Assembly: GCA_032718475.1 (NCBI GenBank)
Contig: JAUCBJ010001846.1
Coordinates: 1 to 64,000, forward strand
Source: Nemertoderma westbladi
Taxonomy: Eukaryota; Animalia; Xenacoelomorpha
Reading direction: 5' to 3'
Length of the DNA: 64,000 nucleotides
Below the pieces are notes generated by a model. That model did no database searches, had not been told where the DNA came from, and saw only the letters and a program-made list of their open reading frames with translations. Made by a program: the position numbers and the translations under genes. Below are positions 29,264 through 39,739 of the stretch, piece by piece. The stretch's first letter is position 1, and each line of letters opens with the position of its first letter.

Positions 29264-30218
29264 GTGATTTAGCCAACTTGATATTCAATAAATACAAAAA
29301 ACCGTTGATCGAACTCACAGCAATTGACTTCGGGCTTCTGCGATTAATCAGCAATTGCTCAGCCCGATTGGCCGTTACCTGACCCACACCATAATAACTA
29401 GAAACTAAACCAAACAATGCTGCTCCTTTTTTAATCATTAGCTCACTCACTGAATAAATAGGCACCTTAAAAAATTTAGCATAGCGCGATATCATCTCTG
29501 CCTTAGAGGCCAAAAAAGAATCAGGACCCGTATAAACAAAATCGTAGGACTGTTTACCCATATGCTCAAAAATACGATAAAATTCACTATCTGTAACAGA
29601 ACCATCACCCATTGTAGTATAAACCTCAATCGGTATATCTTGGCTACCAAGCTCCATCATCATATTTTCTGCGGCAAGACGTGCATTGGATTCCAATTGA
29701 TTATAAAAAACGGCTACTTTCATATTTTGACGATGCTTTCCAGCATAGTGTTCCATTGCTTGAAGCTGTGCTTTTAAAGGGGCAGAATGTGTCACCCCGG
29801 TTAAAAATGATGCTTTATCATCAAAACTTTTAATCAAACCCGCTTCAATGGGGAAAGCTACCATCGTAAATAACATGGGGACTGTTCGACCATCAGCACA
29901 CACATTAGCCCGGGTTTCTTGAAGATGCTGATAAACAAATCGGCTAATTGTTGTACCCCATGTATAAATTAAATCATGTTCGCACAGTGAAGGGTGTGCA
30001 TCCAGCCACGATTTCAAATTTTTAGTATCTTGTTTAATATTAACCACCTGATAATCAACAGCATATTTTTCAAGACCCGATTTAAAACCCTGCTCTACCT
30101 GCGTTTCACCACGCCATAAAAACATCAATACTTTTTTTGGAAAGCCTCGAGAATTTGCGCTTGATACAGCCAAAAAAAATACCAACCACACACAAACAAA
30201 ACCACGCAACAACATCAA
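29205..30218 (-). CDS. ABC-type solute-binding protein (ABC_sub_bind-like)
   Basis: Signal peptide; YTWGTT; LTGVTH; SYYGVGQ; LLNIKLA. Confidence 0.85.
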   Translation of the reverse strand: MMLLRGFVCVWLVFFLAVSSANSRGFPKKVLMFLWRGETQVEQGFKSGLEKYAVDYQVVNIKQDTKNLKSWLDAHPSLCEHDLIYTWGTTISRFVYQHLQETRANVCADGRTVPMLFTMVAFPIEAGLIKSFDDKASFLTGVTHSAPLKAQLQAMEHYAGKHRQNMKVAVFYNQLESNARLAAENMMMELGSQDIPIEVYTTMGDGSVTDSEFYRIFEHMGKQSYDFVYTGPDSFLASKAEMISRYAKFFKVPIYSVSELMIKKGAALFGLVSSYYGVGQVTANRAEQLLINRRSPKSIAVSSINGFLYLLNIKLAKSLEKYPDILLLRQAKIIGGQ

Positions 30219-30219
30219 A

Positions 30220-32196
30220 CTAACGCCTTTTTAATTGAACAACACCTAAAAACATCACACAAAGTGCGGTTAAAGCCATGACCGAATAACCAACCAATTG
30301 AATTGACTCAAAATAAGTTAAAACACCCACCAATGCTGTAAATAAAACAGGCCCCAACAAACCCCCTAACCTCTCAATTCCTCGGTATACAGAAAGTGAT
30401 CGAACAACTGAACATGCATAATATTTTGCAAGATTTTCAATAACAATCGGCTGTACACAAATTGCAATCGCCTGTGCAACCCCAAACAACAATATCCCCA
30501 AAATAATACCTAAAGTCCCGATAGGTATTATTAAAAAACCAAACATTGTCAAAAGACCTGATAAAAACAGTAACAATATTGATACATAACTTTTCTGAAA
30601 TCGTTTAAGCACAGCACCTAAAATTGGCAACGTCATCACCACACAAACACTGTAGAGCATAATCAACCGACCGATATCTGTTTTTTCATAAGATAAAGCA
30701 TTCAACTGAATAGGCAAGGCGAAAAATAACACACCTGTCAAGGCTAACTTGGCGGGCATAGCACTCAACAACATAAATAATTTAAGCTGCCAACTAACCT
30801 TACCCGACTCTTTTAAATGATCTAATCGTTCTGATTCTAACAATGAAGAATTTTGAACATATTTAGCACATAAAAAAAGCCCTACTATTAAAACAAAACT
30901 GGCTACTGAAAACAATGCTGAATACCCTAAATAATCAACCAAAAAACCACCAATCATTGGGCCCACAATTAATGCTGAAAATACCCCCTGAGCAAATTGT
31001 ATAAGTGCACGACTTCGCTGATTTTGAGCCACATTTTTCATTAAATACCCTTGAATACCAATGACCAAAAACCCATAACTCAAACCCGTGATGACCCAAC
31101 TAATAGACAGCGCTGATAAATCAAACCCAAAAATTGAGATAATAATATATAAAACAAGTGCTAACACAATAGATAACAACAAAAATAAACGAAGCTGTAA
31201 AAAATTCAGCAATTTTGAAGCAATAAAAATACCCACAATCGAAAGCAACATAAAACCTATTACTGGCAATCCCACCAATAATGACAAAGAGTAAGGTAAA
31301 TTAACTGGATTTTGTAAGAAAGCTTGCTCAATAGCCAACGGTAAAAATGGCCGACTCATCTCAATCGCAACCATGAAAAAAAACGTCACAATACGTGCCT
31401 CATGGGTTCCCCCAATAACAAGCGCCTGACTTTTTTTACTTGAATGGCGGCTGAACAAGCCTTGGGCTTTAGCGCCAAAAGACTCCATGGTGTTTTTTGA
31501 ACCAATATGAACGATTTGACCTAAATTGGTCTTCTCAATCCATTGTCTCGCTAAGGCAATCGGTTTACTAATATACAAATACTGTAGAAACCGCCGCATT
31601 TCATATAACAGAACAAATACAACGATCAAAACACTTAAAATGTCATACAACATTTTATCAACCAAGTTAAAGGCGAAGTAACGATCATAAGTCAATACAA
31701 TATAACTATCCTTTTCAGACTCAAGGGGAATAGTTTGTATATTCAAACGATCTAAACCAATCATATTCAACACATAAGAAAGCGGGCCTGTTAAATCCAT
31801 TTTCACCAATCCATGGTGATAAATTGCTTGAGAGGGCACTATTTCATCCGCTGAACCAGCTGAGCTTAACTCAGAAATAGAACCTAAATCTTTCTTTTCG
31901 GAGAAAACTGCCATATCAACCAGCTCATTACTACGATCCCTCAGAAAATCAAAATAATCATCCCAACCCCTGACCTTATCCAATGGAATACCTAAATCAA
32001 TTGACTGGTTAATCTCACGAGCCACTGCGGTTGATTCAGTAAAAACTTTACGATTGAATGCATCAAGCAAATTGGGCGCAAACAAATTCATAAAATAAAC
32101 AGACATCCCAACAATGGCCAGCATAAAGACCAAAGAAATCAGAAAAAAAGACTTAAACTGTTGCGTACTAGTTGCCTGAACCATCACCACTATCAA
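30220..32196 (-). CDS. MFS transporter with N-terminal TM-periplasmic-TM(-HAMP-like) extension
   Basis: C-terminal ~400 aa MFS (GPMIGGFLVDYLGY; ERLGGLLGP); extra ~250 aa N-terminal module. Confidence 0.85.
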   Translation of the reverse strand: MIVVMVQATSTQQFKSFFLISLVFMLAIVGMSVYFMNLFAPNLLDAFNRKVFTESTAVAREINQSIDLGIPLDKVRGWDDYFDFLRDRSNELVDMAVFSEKKDLGSISELSSAGSADEIVPSQAIYHHGLVKMDLTGPLSYVLNMIGLDRLNIQTIPLESEKDSYIVLTYDRYFAFNLVDKMLYDILSVLIVVFVLLYEMRRFLQYLYISKPIALARQWIEKTNLGQIVHIGSKNTMESFGAKAQGLFSRHSSKKSQALVIGGTHEARIVTFFFMVAIEMSRPFLPLAIEQAFLQNPVNLPYSLSLLVGLPVIGFMLLSIVGIFIASKLLNFLQLRLFLLLSIVLALVLYIIISIFGFDLSALSISWVITGLSYGFLVIGIQGYLMKNVAQNQRSRALIQFAQGVFSALIVGPMIGGFLVDYLGYSALFSVASFVLIVGLFLCAKYVQNSSLLESERLDHLKESGKVSWQLKLFMLLSAMPAKLALTGVLFFALPIQLNALSYEKTDIGRLIMLYSVCVVMTLPILGAVLKRFQKSYVSILLLFLSGLLTMFGFLIIPIGTLGIILGILLFGVAQAIAICVQPIVIENLAKYYACSVVRSLSVYRGIERLGGLLGPVLFTALVGVLTYFESIQLVGYSVMALTALCVMFLGVVQLKRR

Positions 32197-32899
32197 CTTG
32201 ATTTGTTAAATGCGCTGCCTCATCGCCTAATAAATGATGTAAACGTTGATGCTTTTTATCATCAAAAGCAGCGCGACCCCCCACCAATAACTGACCCCAA
32301 TAACCAAAAACACTTAAGGCTTTAGTAAACAAAATACTAAACAACACAATACTGATCATTAATATCACACCCAATATTGGTAATAAACGAAATATCACAT
32401 TATTCAATGTTTGCTGCTTAACGGGTTTATAATAATCTGAATAAACCACACGATAGCCCCCAAATATCTTCCCGTGCACCCCTCTTAAGCGCTTATAGTA
32501 AAAATAAAGATCACCTTGTTTTTTTCGGAAACTAACATTTTGTGAAAATAATACCGAGTTCACCTCCGTTTGATCTAACAAAGTGTTTGGTCGGCTTATA
32601 TGGGTGGTAAACAACACTTGGCTTTGACTATCAAACACATCAATACTTTGAATCATTGATCCACCCTTCACAATACGTTCGATCACCTGCTGAATATTTT
32701 GAATCTGTTTAAGTGGTAAGCCTGAATTGGTATTGGTTTGAATAACCATATCCAAAGTACCCAAATTAGCAGTCATCTGACCTTCAAGAAAATTAGCCAA
32801 TGCCGTCTCATACTTTTGCATGGACAACAACACATTAAAACCAATACCTAACACAAAAAGCGCTAAAAATAAAATATTTAACTTAATGATTCCCTTCAT
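32168..32899 (-). CDS. Two-TM membrane protein with periplasmic Cache-like domain and no output domain
   Basis: TM, then IQSIDVFDSQSQVLFTT...GKIFGGYRVVY, then TM and a short tail. Confidence 0.7.
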   Translation of the reverse strand: MKGIIKLNILFLALFVLGIGFNVLLSMQKYETALANFLEGQMTANLGTLDMVIQTNTNSGLPLKQIQNIQQVIERIVKGGSMIQSIDVFDSQSQVLFTTHISRPNTLLDQTEVNSVLFSQNVSFRKKQGDLYFYYKRLRGVHGKIFGGYRVVYSDYYKPVKQQTLNNVIFRLLPILGVILMISIVLFSILFTKALSVFGYWGQLLVGGRAAFDDKKHQRLHHLLGDEAAHLTNQVDSGDGSGN

Positions 32900-34431
32900 A
32901 AATTACTACATCCAACATCAAGCTTAACCCGATCAAAAAAAGCTGCTTTTTTAAGCTGATCACAACTTAAATTCTGGGCACCCCGTAAATCGACCGACAC
33001 AAAATGAGCACCCTCAAAATCTACATTTAACAAATCAGATCCTCGAAAAGAGCTATTATACAATTTAACGCCACGAAAACTAGCATTAGATAAATCAGAA
33101 TACTCAATTTCTACTTGTGTTAGCAAAGCATTGTTAAAATTTGCACGCACCAGATAATTCTGGGAAAAAGACAAGCCCCTTAAATTAGCCCCTGAAAAAT
33201 TAGCCTTATTCATAAAATTATCCAAAAATTGAGTAAACACCATTTTTGAATCTGAAAAATCAGCATTTGACATACCATTGCCAACAAATACAAAACTTTT
33301 TAAACGCAAACCACAAAACTTAGGATTTAAAAATAAAAAATCACTAATCAAACGGCTCTCTATCTTTGAGCGATAATCTTTCGGCAAACCAAACTTGATA
33401 AACTGATCATGCCCCAACGTTGCAAAAAAACCATTACAACTAGATTGATACTGCGCCATACTAATATTGGTATTAGATACATCAGTGTCCTGAAGGTTCA
33501 CATTCTTCAAATTCACCCCCTTTAAATTAGAAAACCGCAGATCAGCCCCTGATAAATCAGAAAAAGACAAATTACTGCCTGATAAATCCGTATGTAACAA
33601 ACTAGCCTCAACAGCCTGCATATCAACTAAATTAGAATTTTCAAACTTCGCATGATTAATCACTGCCCCATTTAAAATGGCCCGACTAAAATCCGAATAC
33701 GAAAACGTTGCATGCGTCAAATTAGCACGGCTCAAATTCATAAAACGAAAATCCTGCTTACTAAATGATTGACCAAATAAATAGGTTGAGCGAACCGCTG
33801 GCATAAAACGATCATAATGTAACCATAAAAGCGACCAAACAAAAAACACCGCTACTAACCCTTTAAAAAACACACGATCCGACAAAAAATAATACATTGA
33901 AAAAAACAACCAAGCTAACGGCCACATCAAAACAGCGCCATATATCACCGTCCTAAATACCCAAACAAGCGGGAATGACGCATACAACAACAAACCCATT
34001 GAAAGAACGGGTAAAAAAAGAAAAAAAAGCCCCGCAAAATAGCCCGATAAAAAAAAGTTATGCACCTGATCAGCGGCAAACTGTTGATCAGCAGATCGTC
34101 TTAACAAATCACTCATCAACCGACACCCCAATAATAAATAAGACAAATACGCCCAATAACCCAAAAGCGCCACCGGCATAAAAATAAAAAACGCATCCGT
34201 GGTAACACTAAAATTACCCACAATATTAAATGTATGGTCTGATCCTAAAAGCTCGCGATCAGGCTTAGAAAAAGAAATCAAAAAATAAATCGCCACCCCA
34301 AAAAATGGCAGCACGTGCTTAGCTATCCCCTTATAAAAATAATCATAAGAAGCCTTGAAGACAAATACATCCAACCCTGTTTCAGCATCATAACGCTGAT
34401 GGTACAATAAAAAATATATCTGCTTAAACAA
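32896..34431 (-). CDS. Membrane-anchored pentapeptide-repeat protein
   Basis: Multi-TM N-terminus; repeats such as LSRANLTHATF, LSGADLRFSNL, ANFSGANLRG. Confidence 0.9.
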   Translation of the reverse strand: MFKQIYFLLYHQRYDAETGLDVFVFKASYDYFYKGIAKHVLPFFGVAIYFLISFSKPDRELLGSDHTFNIVGNFSVTTDAFFIFMPVALLGYWAYLSYLLLGCRLMSDLLRRSADQQFAADQVHNFFLSGYFAGLFFLFLPVLSMGLLLYASFPLVWVFRTVIYGAVLMWPLAWLFFSMYYFLSDRVFFKGLVAVFFVWSLLWLHYDRFMPAVRSTYLFGQSFSKQDFRFMNLSRANLTHATFSYSDFSRAILNGAVINHAKFENSNLVDMQAVEASLLHTDLSGSNLSFSDLSGADLRFSNLKGVNLKNVNLQDTDVSNTNISMAQYQSSCNGFFATLGHDQFIKFGLPKDYRSKIESRLISDFLFLNPKFCGLRLKSFVFVGNGMSNADFSDSKMVFTQFLDNFMNKANFSGANLRGLSFSQNYLVRANFNNALLTQVEIEYSDLSNASFRGVKLYNSSFRGSDLLNVDFEGAHFVSVDLRGAQNLSCDQLKKAAFFDRVKLDVGCSNL

Positions 34432-34526
34432 CGTATGTCAGTGCCCCACACCCTTAAAAACTCAACTCCTTATCATACCAGGCATTGTTAAAACACCCAA
34501 CAGAACCAATGCACCCAGTCTCACCT

Positions 34527-35699
34527 ATGAATAAACAAAGCGTCACCATCATTGGTGCAGGCCCTGTGGGCTTGAGTTTAGCGTGCGCCTTAAAAAACAC
34601 AGCGCTTCAAATTAACATCATTGACAAACAACCCCAAACATCTCTTGAAAAACCAACAAATGACGGTAGAGAAGTATCCCTTACCCAACAATCCAAACAC
34701 ATCCTTGAAACACTCAAGGTGTGGCAAAACATTCCCACTGAAAAAATCTCAATCATCAAATCAGCCAAAGTCATCGACGGTAACTCACCCTATAGCCTAG
34801 ATTTTAAACCCCTGCACACCCATCAAAAAAACCTTGGGTTTTTAATTGCCAACCAGCTGATCAAAAAAGCCCTTTATCAGCAAGCTAACCAACAAAACAT
34901 CAACTGGTTCACCAACCAATGCCTAGAAAACATTCAAACATATGAAAATCATGCCAAACTAACCCTAAACACTGGCCAAACCCTAAACACTCAACTGATC
35001 GTTGCAGCAGACGGCCGACAATCAAAAGCCCAACATATCATGGGTATTGGTGCATCTGTACGCCAATTCGGTCGAAGCGTTGTGGTATGCAAAATGAAAT
35101 GTGAAAAACCCCATCAACACATTGCCTATGAATGTTTCCATTACCATAGAACCTTGGCAGTTCTACCCCTACCTAACAATCACGTATCGGTTGTGATCAC
35201 ATTACCCACTGATCAAGCACAACCCTTAACAAAAATGCCAGCCGAACAATTTAACCAAGATATACAAACACGCTTCAAACATCAACTAGGCAACATGACA
35301 CTAATTGGACAATTCCACACATACCCTCTATTTGCCAACTATGCCAAACAATTTATTAAACCTCGCTTTGCCCTTTTAGGTGATGCAGCGGTTGGCATGC
35401 ACCCGGTGACAGCCCATGGGTTTAACCTAGGTTTACAAAGCAGCAACACACTTGCCTCACAAATTAAAAATGCGCTCAATAAGGGTTTAGATATTGGCCA
35501 CCCAAACACCCTCAAACCCTACCAAAGTAAACATCGGCTCAATACCAAAGCAATTTATCTTGGCACCAACGCGATCGTTGGCCTTTATACCGATGACAGA
35601 CCCGTGGCCAAAATTATCCGAAAAGGCATTTTACGCTTTGCCAATCGCTTCCCCCCCCTTAAACGACACATTGTCAACCGCCTAACCACCATCAAATAA
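34527..35699 (+). CDS. ubiM: UbiH/UbiM-family FAD-dependent ubiquinone hydroxylase
   Basis: GAGPVG; DGREVSLT; LGDAAVGMHPVTAHGFNLG. Confidence 0.85.
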   Translation: MNKQSVTIIGAGPVGLSLACALKNTALQINIIDKQPQTSLEKPTNDGREVSLTQQSKHILETLKVWQNIPTEKISIIKSAKVIDGNSPYSLDFKPLHTHQKNLGFLIANQLIKKALYQQANQQNINWFTNQCLENIQTYENHAKLTLNTGQTLNTQLIVAADGRQSKAQHIMGIGASVRQFGRSVVVCKMKCEKPHQHIAYECFHYHRTLAVLPLPNNHVSVVITLPTDQAQPLTKMPAEQFNQDIQTRFKHQLGNMTLIGQFHTYPLFANYAKQFIKPRFALLGDAAVGMHPVTAHGFNLGLQSSNTLASQIKNALNKGLDIGHPNTLKPYQSKHRLNTKAIYLGTNAIVGLYTDDRPVAKIIRKGILRFANRFPPLKRHIVNRLTTIK

Positions 35700-36290
35700 A
35701 TGCCCGATCAAACCAAAAACCCCTTAGATTTATTCGCCAATTGGTTTGAACAAGCCAAACAATGCCCCCAAATTTGTGATGCCACGGCAATGAGCTTGGC
35801 CACTGCTACCAAAACAAGCGCACCCTCCAACCGAATCGTTTTGCTTAAAGCCTTTGATAAACAAGGCTTTACTTTCTACACCAACCTAGGCAGCCAAAAA
35901 AGCCTTGAACTTCAACAAAACCCCCAAGCTGCACTTTGTTTTTACTGGGCGCCTTTAAATAAACAAATCAGAATTGAAGGCACCGTTAGCCTAGTTGATG
36001 CCAAACAAGCTGACAACTACTTTGCCTCCCGAGACATCAACAGCCAAATTGGCGCATGGCTTTCCAAACAATCCCAACCCATGAAAGCGTCCATCTCAAC
36101 GCTTAAAAAGCAAGTAGAGGCAGCAACCCAACACCCTGCCCAATATAAAAACAGACCCCCTTTTTGGTCAGGCTTTTTCCTAACCCCCAACAAAATTGAA
36201 TTTTGGGAAAGTAGACCTGCACGGCTGCACGCAAGAACCCTTTACACCAAACACAACCAATCATGGGCAAACCAGTCACTCTACCCTTAA
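35700..36290 (+). CDS. pdxH: Pyridoxamine 5'-phosphate oxidase
   Basis: RIVLLK; FYTN; SQIGAW; EFWESRPARLH. Confidence 0.96.
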   Translation: MPDQTKNPLDLFANWFEQAKQCPQICDATAMSLATATKTSAPSNRIVLLKAFDKQGFTFYTNLGSQKSLELQQNPQAALCFYWAPLNKQIRIEGTVSLVDAKQADNYFASRDINSQIGAWLSKQSQPMKASISTLKKQVEAATQHPAQYKNRPPFWSGFFLTPNKIEFWESRPARLHARTLYTKHNQSWANQSLYP

Positions 36291-36303
36291 ACACAACACT
36301 GAT

Positions 36304-37020
36304 CTAACAAACCTGCCCTCCCCCCACACGATCCCCAAAAATACTCGACCCCACACGCACAAAGGTTGCACCACAACCAATCGCAGTTTTAAAATCTTGG
36401 CTCATGCCCATTGATAAATGCAACAACCCTGCTGATTTGGCCAATTTAGACAGATCATTAAAATACTTTGCAGGCTGAGCGTTTTTGGGCGGGATACACA
36501 TATACCCCACCACTGGTAAATTTAACTGCCTGCAATACGCTGTTAATGCCCTCACCTCTTCTGGCATTACCCCTGATTTTTGTGCCTCTTTACCCGCATT
36601 CACCTGAATAAAAACTTTCGGAAAACGCCCCTGCAACTGCATTTGTTTGGACAAAGCATTGGCTAAACGTGGGCGATCCAGTGTGTGAATATAATCAAAA
36701 TAACGCACCGCATCGGCTATCTTATTAGTTTGAAGGCGGCCGATCATATGCCAACAGTTTGAAAAACCCATCGCGTTAATGGCACGAATTTTTTTAACAC
36801 CTTCTTGAATTTTATTTTCCCCAAAATCTTGCTGACCTAACTTGCAAAGTGTAACTACTTTTTCAGTTGAATGACCTTTAGAAACGGCAATTAAACGCAC
36901 ACAAGACCGCTTGCCCAAAACAGATGATGCACAAGCACGCATTTGATTTAAAACATTCTGATAGGATTGAGCAACAGCATTAAACGCTAAACTCTTTTTA
37001 TCATCACCTTGCACACTCAA
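36304..37020 (-). CDS. yggS: PLP homeostasis protein YggS
   Basis: IAVSK; FGENKIQE; LSMGMSQD; VRVGSSIFG. Confidence 0.95.
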   Translation of the reverse strand: MSVQGDDKKSLAFNAVAQSYQNVLNQMRACASSVLGKRSCVRLIAVSKGHSTEKVVTLCKLGQQDFGENKIQEGVKKIRAINAMGFSNCWHMIGRLQTNKIADAVRYFDYIHTLDRPRLANALSKQMQLQGRFPKVFIQVNAGKEAQKSGVMPEEVRALTAYCRQLNLPVVGYMCIPPKNAQPAKYFNDLSKLAKSAGLLHLSMGMSQDFKTAIGCGATFVRVGSSIFGDRVGGGQVC

Positions 37021-38159
37021 GTCCCTAACAATATTGCTAAAATAGCATAGCGAAAACTAGAATAATTGTAACCAATAACTGACATGCCGACACATATTAA
37101 CCCCATAATAAGAACAATACGTGTTAGTCAATTTTGTTTGATCAACCAAAATTTCCAACAAACAACCCAAGTACAAACTAAAAAAACATTTACGGATATT
37201 ATTCAAGCAAATACTTCGCCATCCATATCGGCAGACTAATTAATGAAATTGTAAATTGCATTTTTCAATTAGTCATAATGCTTTATTCTGCAAAAATTTA
37301 GGCGTGCCAGCAACAATTATCCCATCGCAATATATTGCTAGGGTGTTGGCAAGATATTAATATAAATGTTTATTGTTTTGCCATCTAATTTAACGCTAGG
37401 ACTATACTCTCAAATTCGCTCACCCCTTTGGCTTATTTCTATATTTCGGCCATCAATCCATTTAATTAATGGAAGTTTGGCAACCTGACTATTCCAAACA
37501 TTCCAATGATTTAGCTACTGATCTGGTGCTATCATTGTTTGAAGTATCAAACGATAAATCGGAGACGTATTGGCACCCGTATTAACAACACCTTTTTCAA
37601 GTATGGCGAGTACAGTATTATCTTTGTTGGGATACTTTCCAACTACATGCCAGTCAAATATATCTCGTTGTAGCTCGACTTCACTTGGAAATGCAAAATT
37701 GTAATAATTAAACACGTAGCTATTACCCCGACAATGAATGGCCAAGCAATTTTTTATATAGCGAAAAACTTTCACCAACACGCTCTGACTATTAATTTAA
37801 TTAGCAACATGCCAGCCAATACATGTTCAGGCATAAAAAATTAACATTCATAAACCCAAACAACTCAGCCAATAACAAATACAAGTAGTGTTTCGATCAC
37901 AACTGAACCTACTTATACTAAAGTTTATTAAAAATCTAACCTCTAAAGCGTGCAGCTATCGCACACTTCATCGCTTAGCGTCTGATTTTGGTCTTGCGTT
38001 TGTACGTTTTGTTTGTCTTGAATGGTTTTTTCAATTTGATCAAAATCAGCCAAATCTAATGCATCCATTGGATCATCTATTTCCATACAAATTATTGTAA
38101 CAAATTTTAAAACAAGTCTTGATTAATCAAGCTATTTAAGTAGCTATCCAACAAAATAC

Positions 38160-39410
38160 CTATGTACGCTTAGTCGACTGATTGCCTGGCGCTCTGCTTT
38201 GCCTTTTTTCACCCACTTTAGCACCAGCGCCCCTTAACGATGGGCGCTTACTAAAACGAAAGTTGCGCTTGCCAGCATGGCTAGTAGGTCGGGCACCTGA
38301 ACCATTTCTTTTTACAGGCGCAGCATTAGGATTCATTAAGCGATGAATAGCATCCCACTTGCCTCGATCTGTGGGCGATATAAAACTAACAGCCGAGCCT
38401 TCAGCCCCTGCGCGACCTGTTCGACCAATGCGGTGAATATAATCCTCTGGGCGCTGGGGTAGGTCGTAGTTGATTACATGTTCAATGTGGGGAATATCCA
38501 GCCCACGGGCGGCGACATCGGTTGCCACCAAAATGCGGTGCTTGCGATTGCGAAAGGCTTTAATTACACGCTCCCGTTTTCCATGGGTTAAATTACCATG
38601 AATGGCATTGACGTTGTGCTCATCACCCTCTAGGCGGTTGGCCATGCGCTCAGCGCCTAATTTTGTTTTCATAAAAATCACAACCGACCCTTCACGCCCT
38701 TTAAGTTCAGCCAAAAGCTTGGGGTATTTTTCTCGATCCGATAAATGAAGTAAATCTTGCTTAATTTTTTTCACAGGATCAAAGGTTTGCCCCACACAAA
38801 TACGGGTAGGCTCATGCAAATAAGAAGCCGATAATTGAATAATATTTTTTGGCAAGGTGGCCGAGAAAAGCAGTGTTTGTCGTTTTTTTTGAATAAATTG
38901 AATCACCTCTTTAATTTGGACAGAAAAGCCCATATCCAACATGCGATCAGTTTCATCCAACACTAAAAAATCAACCCCTTTTAAATCTAGGGTGCCTCTT
39001 GTTAGGTGATCATTCAACCTGCCTGGTGTGCCCACAAACAAACGCGGCTTCATGCTTAGCTGACGCAACTGTTTGGGCATGGGCTCCCCGCCGATAATTA
39101 AAGCAGTTTTAATCGGCGATGTGCGACCACCCAATAAACTTTGTAGCGACTTGATCACCTGCGTTGCAAGCTCTCTTGTGGGGGTGATCACCAGCCCACA
39201 ACTTTTAGGGTTCTCCATTAACCTTGCAATCAATGGAATCCCAAAGGCAAATGTTTTGCCTGTGCCTGTTTGGGCGGAGCCCAAAATATCGCCCCCTTGC
39301 ATGGCAATGGGGATGGCTTGTGCCTGAATGGGCGTGGGGGTGTTAAATTTTAAATGCGCTAATGATTGAAGCAACGGTTCGGGCAAGTTAAGTGATTGAA
39401 AATTTTCCAT
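38160..39410 (-). CDS. DEAD-box RNA helicase
   Basis: AQTGTGKT; PTRELA; DETD; SAT; HRIGRTGR. Confidence 0.96.
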   Translation of the reverse strand: MENFQSLNLPEPLLQSLAHLKFNTPTPIQAQAIPIAMQGGDILGSAQTGTGKTFAFGIPLIARLMENPKSCGLVITPTRELATQVIKSLQSLLGGRTSPIKTALIIGGEPMPKQLRQLSMKPRLFVGTPGRLNDHLTRGTLDLKGVDFLVLDETDRMLDMGFSVQIKEVIQFIQKKRQTLLFSATLPKNIIQLSASYLHEPTRICVGQTFDPVKKIKQDLLHLSDREKYPKLLAELKGREGSVVIFMKTKLGAERMANRLEGDEHNVNAIHGNLTHGKRERVIKAFRNRKHRILVATDVAARGLDIPHIEHVINYDLPQRPEDYIHRIGRTGRAGAEGSAVSFISPTDRGKWDAIHRLMNPNAAPVKRNGSGARPTSHAGKRNFRFSKRPSLRGAGAKVGEKRQSRAPGNQSTKRT

Positions 39411-39739
39411 ATAATTTGGCAATTCAAGGAACCAACAAACTGCTTGACTACCTCCTGATAGTGATTAATCAATTGTTGAGAAAATACGCCTGTGCTCTTG
39501 CAACCGCTTTAAGATCAATGCCAGAGCAAATTAAGCATTCAGCCATGTGTTGGCTAGATGATTGAGACCCAAGCGTTGTGGATAAGTGGTGGTTCTTTAA
39601 CAAAGAGAACAGATGCATTGTACCATCAAATATCAAAATGTTTGATAGTAAAAAAACAGAGCCAAAAATTATTTATTCACAATGAAAATCATGTTATTAG
39701 GTATTGTAATTATTAGTCAGATAAGCACAAGTAATTTAG

